A stretch of DNA of 63,068 nucleotides, filler included, from Folioceros fuciformis (Eukaryota), in NCBI GenBank assembly GCA_049999805.1. It is 3 parts of 2 records of this genome, joined end to end, with 100 filler letters (N's around TTAATTAATTAA, not from the genome) between each part and the next. Parts side by side here need not be neighbours in the genome. Positions count along the whole stretch, not along the records: positions 50,306 to 63,068 come from JBNGIO010005626.1; 2 more parts are not named here. One strand, 5' to 3'. Position 1 is the stretch's first letter. Every line of letters starts with the position of its first letter. Shown here one piece after another: positions 55,541 to 63,068 of this stretch. The position numbers were made by a program, and so were the translations under genes. The notes beneath the pieces were generated by a model. That model was not told the origin of the DNA and ran no database searches. It saw only the letters and a list, made by a program, of their open reading frames with translations.

Positions 55541-58500
55541 TGCTGCCCCTGCTACAAAACGGACATACATACAATCCATTCATCATATCGAAGCTCTTTA
55601 TTTGGGTTGGTGCGAAGGTTTTAGAAGGCTGGCGGGTTGCAAGGCCTTGGGCCACCTTATTGCTTCCAGTCGCAGCTTGCGACGGCTGGAAGCACCCGAG
55701 ATTGGGCTTGATGCCGCTGGACTTGGTGCCCTGGTCGACGGCTTCAACCAAGATTCCGTGCTGGAGTATTTGGACCTAGAGGGGAACAGTGTGGGCGATG
55801 GTGAAGGGGCACAGCATCTGGCTCGTATGCTGGCCACCGCTCCCCGTCTCACTACCCTGGATCTGCTAGATATCGGCATGGATGAGGCGGGAGCTCAGTG
55901 TATTGCATACGCTCTTCCGCTCTGTGCCTCGCTCCAGGAGCTTCGTTTGGATGATAGGTATGCGGATGGGAGTTATCCAGGTTGGGGTTCCGTACAGCAC
56001 AGCCTGGGGCCCATAAGCACTGTGTTGACACTTGCTCTCACCCGTGCTGATGCTGATGCCCAATTCGCCATATCTGGGGTCACCAAGCTGATGTTGGATA
56101 TTCGGCAAAGCGAGGAGCCAGGCCTGGCCGACGCGCTGGCCGGAATGTTGCGCACCAATGATCATATCACAGAGCTTAGGATCAGTGGTTTTGTTGTCAA
56201 GTTCGGCCTGGACACTTGGCGCCTCAACTCCACCCTCTCCAAACTTACGTTGTTTGACTATGACGGTGACGAGTCTTTAACTGAATTTTCGATGTCATTT
56301 CTGGAGTGTAAATCATTGCGCATCCTGACTTTGGAAAACCCTCGTTCCATGGAAGCGTGCCTCTCTTTCATGAAAGCCGTTGGTGCAGTCTTTGGAGACG
56401 AATACATCTTTGAATGAGCTACACTTGGCTGTTTCGTACCAACTCGACGATGACCTTTTCAGAAAGTTGATGCAGTGCCTCCAAGTCAACACCACTTTAC
56501 AGAAGATCGACGTATCCGGCTCAAACTTGGAGTGGGAGGGAAAGCAGGGCCATCATCAACGCGACGTTGGCACGCAATGTTACTCACAGGGCCTACTGGC
56601 CTTTGCTTTCGGAGGCGCAAGAGCCTGTCAAGCCCAGGGTCGGGCGCCTTTTCCTGTGCGGTGCACCTTTCGCAGGGAAGACCACTCTCCGCACCACCAT
56701 GATCGCCACATGGCGCGCACGCACATCACATGTTATAGGAGCCGCATCAGCCAACGAAGTCCAATTGTGGGAACAAGTGTCTCTAGCTTGGAATGGTTCC
56801 TGGTTCGGTAATGTTCCACTCACAGGAGCCGCATCATCCAACCAGGTGGGTACTGTCCCAAGAACGGAAGGCATCGAAATGGAAGTGTTGCGCAACGACC
56901 ATGAGATGGAACTTACCATCTGGGATCTGGCTGGACAATCTCGTTTCCGAGCTCTACAAGACACTTTCTTCCCGAACTTGAACCAGACATGTGTCTTCCT
57001 GTTCACATTCGAAGCACTCGATGCCCACAAGTCTGGTGAAATGCTGCTGGACAGGTTCAGAAACGGCTTCAGGTTTTGGCTTAGATTCATCCATTCTAAT
57101 TCTCGCAACGTGGGTTCCTTTTTGCCTCGTGTATTTGTGGTTGTCACTCATATGGATGAGATGGAGGATATGTCCGCTAAATGTCTTGTCGGTCTGCTGC
57201 AACCAGTCGTGGAAGAGTTGGCCAAGGCTTTCCAGCAGGTACTTCTTATCACGACAACGCCTTTCTTCATAAATGCTCGATCTATACAGACTGTGCAGCC
57301 TTCGCTGGAGCAGCTATTCCAATCATTTCAAGAGCTATTTGCGCTTCCTCTGTTTTGGGTCCCGGAGGCGTGCAACCGACTCAGTGCTGCTTTGACTCAC
57401 TGGGTATCTCAAAATCCAGCTCAGCCTCTGGTGACCAAGGAGGGATGCAAAAAGATTTTTGAAGAAGATGATGAGCAACGCCTTCAAGCTATGCTTGCCT
57501 ATCTGCACAATGCAGGCCGGGTCATTTGGTTCCAAAATGCAGATGTAGATGCTGTGGTGGTAAATCCACACTGGATCAGTCATTCGTTCCTGGGCCATGG
57601 CATTGAGCGCCTAGACTTACTGTCTTCCTTGGTGAGAAGCCGTGGATTTGTTGCTGAAGACTTCCTTAAGGACACCTTGGCCCGGATGCTCAAGGACACG
57701 CACGCGGCCGACAGGATTCGTGTTGAAGATTTGATATCATTGATGATGAGACTAAACTTGTGCTATCGAGATGATGCGAATCGAAGGCCTGGATTCTTCG
57801 TCCCCTTCGCCTTGGATGACGCCGAAGGCAAAGCTCTTCACGGGCTACGACAGTTGGACTGGAAGGGCTGTGCGGCGTCCGAGTACAGTTACGTAGGCAG
57901 GCGGCTACAATGCCGAGATGAGACCAAGACATTTCTCGGCCCAGGCTGCTTTCTAAGATTCCAGGTACGTTCCCGTCTGAGCTGTCTCTTTTGCTAGTCA
58001 TTTAACCTCTCTTGGGTTTCATGACATGGCCATTGGTTGTGCATTGCAGGTCAAGCTACGACAGATCTTGTTGGATGGGCTTTGCGGTATGCAGTCTCTT
58101 CAATATGATATTGCGCGTAACTTGATCAGATTTAACTACGATCGTATGGACGTATTTTTGGAGAGCAGTGGAGATATTCGGGACGAGACCGGGGACATTG
58201 GGGCTCGTGTTGACATTTTGATCAGGTCACTCAAGAGCAAAGACGAAACGATCCAGTTTCTCAAGACGCGCATAGTTGCAGAACTGAGAGCATTCTGTGC
58301 CTCTCCTGAAGGTAGTCCTGGAGTTGAACTAGTAGAAGGGATCATCAGGACTGAGTGTGTGGAGAAGCTCACACTCTGTATGCACCGACACAATCAATCG
58401 GTCCTCAAGCAGCATTTGATGAAGTGCATTCTAGATCATCACAAAAGCCATGCAGGGCAGACATCCTCCGGCTCAGATTCGTCCGATTATCGATGGCACT

Positions 58501-59453
58501 GGCTAGAAGTGCCTGAAGCGGGTCTATCCCACCTGCACGAGGAGGCCAGGGATCTGTTAAGTAGCGATGAGGTGCAGTCTGCTTTACTGGAGTGTCGGCC
58601 CCGTCTATCCCTCAACGCAACGACTAACCCTTCAGCTGGAACAAGTCAGTCGACGGTACCACGTCTACTGAAGTCGGGGAAGCAACTATCATATCCGAAC
58701 GAAAAGGCGAATGCAAATCACCGAAGAGGTCTTGCAATGATAGTCAGCATGGAAGACGACAGAAAGGGAGGACAGGTAGACAGAGGGCGACTTGAAGTTC
58801 TCTTCGAGATGTTGGGTTTCCATATAGATCCTTTGGTGAACGATCTTAGGAAAGGGAAGTCAAGGTTGAAAAAGATTCTTAGGGTCCCTCGGCTAGCAGA
58901 AGACGACTGCTTTCTGTTTTGTGTGAACGCCCGTGGTGGGATTGGTGAAGACGGAAGACAGTATGTTTGCGCAGGTGAAGCGGAAAAGGCGGAGAAGCTG
59001 TATGTGGAAGAAGATATTTTGAGGCCCATCGGTGAATGCGAGTATTTGGCAAACAAGCCTAAGGTGGTTGTCATAAATGCTTGTCGAGGCACTGGCAGTC
59101 TTGTCAAAAGTATGGAAGTACAGGGGTCGAGCCCCGCCGAGCTTGCCACTACAAGCAAAGCCGAGGGATCAGACGTTCAGGGAAGCCAGGGTCCCAGTAA
59201 GAGGACTGGACCCTTGTATCATGGGAACGATTTTCTCATCGTCTTCTCTGCCAGTCCTGGAGAATTATCCTTCAGAAATGTTGAGCATGGCACAAACTTC
59301 ATCATAGCTTTAGTGAGAGTCATCATTAAGCACCGTAAGAGCGAAGATGTGTCGAGCATGCTAACAAGCGTGATCCGTAAGGTCGTCAAAATGCAGGGAG
59401 TGCAGCATCCCCAGTTTGTCAACACACTCACTCGAAAGCTATACTGGTCTTAA
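55509..59453 (+). CDS. TORNADO1-like LRR-Roc-COR protein fused to a C-terminal caspase-like (C14A) domain; two +1 frameshifts (pseudogene or assembly error)
   Basis: RI-type LRRs (LEYLDLEGNSVG, LTTLDL, LQVNTTLQKIDVSGS); Roc G-boxes GAPFAGKTT, PRTEGIE, WDLAGQ, VVTHMD; COR (VVVNPHW, FFVPFAL, YVGRRLQC); phase-0 intron 57965-58049 restores FLRFQ/VKL (TRN1-like FPRLQV). Caspase motifs in 58690-59450. Frame changes at ~56372 and ~56548. True start codon not identified. Confidence 0.85.
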
Positions 59454-60105
59454 CCGCTCCATCCTCTGCAGATGCCTGGTTGGCTAGCTTGAGGAGCGTG
59501 TGGTCAGGGACTGTAGCGCCTTCCGTCAAGTGATAGGTATCAAGTGTCTCTCTAGCTACATACTGTACAGCCTGTTTGTTGGTGTGTCGAACTGCTTCTG
59601 ATACGATTTCTCACGTCACCTCCCTTGCTATGCATGTTTTGCTTCCTGTTTGGCAAAACCGTCCTCTCACAGGTTCTTGTGTGGATGAACAGATGATGTG
59701 TCATGGAGGCTATGTGTAGGAAGGGAAGATCCTGCTGTGTTCGTACACAGGTGGGAGCTCTTGGTTTCAAGACGAAAGTCCAAGTTTGGGGCTTTTCTGT
59801 TGTTTACGTTGTTCTGTATACCAGCGTGAAGATGTATGCTTCATCTTCCCTTCCCGACCAGGCAAAAGCCATGACAGGATGTCCTTCTCTGAACTGGCGT
59901 CGGGAGCTTGTGCCTTCGTGTCACAGTGGTATCAGACAGCACGCAGCGGTAGCTCACGGGTTGTCAAAACTGAATCAGGGTTGGTAGCGTGCTTTGGATT
60001 TGGTGCTGTTGCTGTCGTTTATCCTGGTTTGAACCCACCCTTCTCTCTCTTCCTCTTTCAATGAAGCCCGGGTACTATCCACTGAACAGTTATCGACATA
60101 CAAGT
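59423..60105 (+). repeat. Direct repeat copy 1 (last codons plus 3' flank of the Roco-caspase gene)
   Basis: Colinear similarity to 61513-62191, e.g. atgcctggttggctagc and tgaactggcgtcgggagcttgtgccttcg. Confidence 0.92.
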
Positions 60106-60183
60106 ATATATTGTAATATGCTTGTCCCGATCAGCAGCAGTCTTCTCAGTGCATATGACAAGACTGCATCCCCTCCACCACAC

Positions 60184-61511
60184 CTGCGCATCATGCTGGT
60201 GGTTTCCAGCGAACTGAGGTGCCAAAGTCGTGAGCCGACGGATGAAGCCGGTAGGGCAGAGCACACTGTACTCATCCTTGTTCCAAAGATCCGTCACGAG
60301 CTGACCGAAGGCGTGAGCCAGCGCCACTGCGGACTCCGTACTACCACTGGAAGCCCTACGGGAACCCCCCACGATGCTGCCCCGAGTGCTGGACCTCTGA
60401 GCCAGATCAGGAAACCCATTGAGCACAACCGACGCCAAAGGCAATGTGTGTATGAGACACTGCAAGCACCTGTTCAGATGGCACGTATTCCCCTCATTCG
60501 ACAGGCCCACAAGGCCCGCCATCCGCCTGCCCCGTAACTTAAGCGCTCCCAACTCCAGCGTCGCCGGCCGCTTCTCCCCGTGGTTGCTCCTAGAGCCGCT
60601 AGTGGACGCCATGGCCTTATCCGTGGCCTCCTCCTCCTCCCCCCGCACCAGATCCCGCATCTGCATGTCCTCAACCCCCTCTTGCGCCACCTTCTGCGCC
60701 GATCTACTCGGACTCGTCCTGAGCACGCCGATGAGGCATCCGCTGCTGGCCGACATCGCGAGATCGTAAGAGTTACCAGGCGAACTCCCTTGCTGCCACT
60801 GTTGTGCATCCCGCTCTATCTCTCCCGACTCGTCCGACTCGCTGGAAGACGACTCCGATTTGCGAAGCCTCGCCCGACCGGGGCCCACGCTCCGCGCTCC
60901 GCCTTCCTCCATGTACCCCACTCCAAACTGGCTGTTGCTGACCGGCATCGCGCCGAAGCTTCTGGCTACGCCCTGCGCCTTCAGGGCCGACCGGATCGCA
61001 TGTTCCTCGGGCCGCCGCTCAGGAATCGTGACCCTCGGATGCGGCTGAGAGCCGGAAGGCCGTTTCGCAGAAGAAGCAAAACCCTGTGACGAGGAAGGTG
61101 AAGAGGAAGAGGCAGAGGACCTTAGCCTGCCTATTTCTCTTCCATACTTCCACGCATCCCTACTTAAATCGGGGACGGTACATCCACAGCGCGTCTGCGA
61201 TCGCGTTGTCTCCTTCGAGGCCGGGCCCGAGGCCGAGGCCGAGGCCGGGCCCGAGCCCGAGCACGACGCAGGGATCGCGGCTGTTCCTATTGAAGAAGCC
61301 CTGCGGCGAGCGGCGACGGTGGCCGCACCGCCATCGCCAGCGCCAGCGCCAGCGCCGGCTTCCTTCTCCTTCCCTGCGCTCTGCCGACGAATCTCGCCCT
61401 CGACATCCTTCGGGACGCTGGCTCGCCGCTGTGCGAGCGCCAGCTCCCGTTGTACGCTTCTCAAGCTGATGCTCGTCCGGAGCGACTCCGATTTCTCCTC
61501 CCGGGTCGCCA
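60184..61511 (-). pseudogene. Ubiquitin-specific protease (C19) exon fragment
   Basis: Cys box GLVGLSNEGNTCHLNRCLQCLIHT and FAGNHQHDAQ followed by a GT donor at 60183; the 5' end has no ATG (ORF opens on GTG at the repeat boundary); no His box in the window. Confidence 0.8.
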
Positions 61512-61512
61512 G

Positions 61513-62191
61513 CACACTGACGGGAAAGTTACACTGGTCATAACCACTCTATTCTCTACTCATGCCTGGTTGGCTAGCGTGAAGAGCGTATGGCCAGGGC
61601 CTGTAGTGCCTTCCATCAATTGTCAGGTCTAAAGTCTCTCTAGCTACATTCTCTATTGCCTGTGTGTTGGTGTGTCGACCTGCTTCTAACACGATTTTCT
61701 CACGTCGTCTGCCTTGCTATGCATGTTTTGATTCCTGTTTGGCAAGAACTTCCTCTCACAGGTTTTTGGTGTGGATGAACACATAATGTGTCATGGAGGC
61801 CATGTGTAGGGAGGGAAGATCGTGCTGTGTTCGTAACAACTGGGAGCTGTTGGTTTCAAGACGCAAGTCCAAGTTTGGGGCCTTCTGTTGTTTACGCTGT
61901 TGTGTTTACCACCGTGAAGATGTATGCATCTTCCCTTCCCGACCATACAAAAGCTGGGACAGGATGTCCCTCTCTGAACTGGCGTCGGGAGCTTGTGCCT
62001 TCGCGTCACAGTGATACCAGACAACACATAGCGGTAGCTCACGGGTTGTCATAACTGAATTAGGGTTGGTATTGTGTTTTCGGTTTGGTGCTGTTGCTGT
62101 CGTTTATCGTTCTTTGGACCAAGCCCGTCTCTCTCTTCCTTTTTCAATGAAGCCCGGATTGTCTCCACTGAACACTGATTGACATACAAGT
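61513..62191 (+). repeat. Direct repeat copy 2 (3' end of a paralogous caspase-like gene: TLTGKLHWS*)
   Basis: aca ctg acg gga aag tta cac tgg tca taa versus aca ctc act cga aag cta tac tgg tct taa, followed by the homologous 3' flank. Confidence 0.9.
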
Positions 62192-63068
62192 GCATACAGT
62201 CCACCCTCCCTAAATGTTACCTGTTGGGAGTAGAGCATTGGGTAACATTTAACGAAGTGTAATAATAAGAGAATTTAAGTATTTATTAAAAACAAAATAT
62301 TTACATTTATTAAAGATATTAAAAATATAATATATATTATATATACTTATTTATAATCTATTTTATTAAATATATAATATAGATATTTATGCTTAATAAT
62401 AATATAAATTTATAATAAATAAAATAAAAATGATTTTTAAAATGGCTTAAAAATCGTTTATTTCTACTTGTTTCAAGGAGGGCCTAATTTGCTTTAAAAC
62501 TTTTTTCTCTCGATTTGTTGCAAATTCTTAATTGTAGACATCATGTTATTTGGTTGTTGCTCCAAAAACATGCATCTTCTACTTGAGGACGAATTAAAAC
62601 AGGCCTTTCTTCATAATATTCTTGGGAAGAATTTTCAACATCGATAACTTTATTTTCGAGTGAAGGTTGAACGGAAGCCCATGTATCATTTGCATTCGGA
62701 GTAGAAAAGATAGCACATGCATTTGTCACCTCATAATCAACAAATTCTTGTGCACACATTGTAGGGGTCAATCCTGTTGTGCCAAGTCCCAAATCCCTCA
62801 GAAGACAAAGAAGCATTTCTATTTCTGCGTAATCTTTATTGAACAAATCTTCACGTGCTGCTTGGTTGTCTTGCTGTTGCTCATCATCACTGTTAGCATT
62901 CTATGTCTCAAAACTAAGTTGATTCAAGTCTATATCCGACACGCTAGCACTTGCTCTCTCCTGCCATAACCCAGAGTGTTTCCAACAATTTATAATGATT
63001 TTCCCTTCAACATCAATACGCCAAGCTTTTTCCAACATAGTCACAACATGTTATACATCAATAAGAGG

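Noticed and set aside
55509-59453. Assigning the gene symbol TRN1, or calling the caspase domain animal contamination
   Set aside because: The C-terminus differs from canonical TORNADO1, so orthology is unsupported. The caspase part is in the same exon as TRN1-like sequence on a gap-free plant contig.
62541-62846. Possible DNA-transposase C-terminal fragment beside an AT-rich tract
   Set aside because: No catalytic motif or terminal repeat visible within the window.

Overview
Eukaryotic land-plant nuclear DNA with short GT-AG introns and scaffold gaps. It most resembles a hornwort (Anthoceros-like), because it carries both 'KP/GRP'-type DYW PPRs and a 'WW'-type PPR; a fern or lycophyte cannot be excluded. 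From left to right it contains a degraded Ty1/copia retrotransposon, a CoA-type Nudix hydrolase, a ZIFL-like MFS transporter, a class-I glutamine amidotransferase-like gene, a frameshifted WW-type PPR and a small complex I subunit (KFYI/NDUFC1-like). These are followed by a ~31 kb cluster of seven PLS-class PPR genes, a TORNADO1-like LRR-Roc-COR gene and a trapped ubiquitin-protease fragment. Two things stand out. (1) The Roco gene is joined, through an in-phase intron, to a C-terminal domain with animal-type caspase (C14A p20/p10) motifs, although plants are generally held to have only metacaspases. (2) Six of the seven clustered PPRs carry an N-terminal OSB-type 'PDF' ssDNA-binding motif, and five of those six run through to a putative U-to-C editing DYW:KP domain. 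All family assignments come from motif recognition by eye; no database searches were run.
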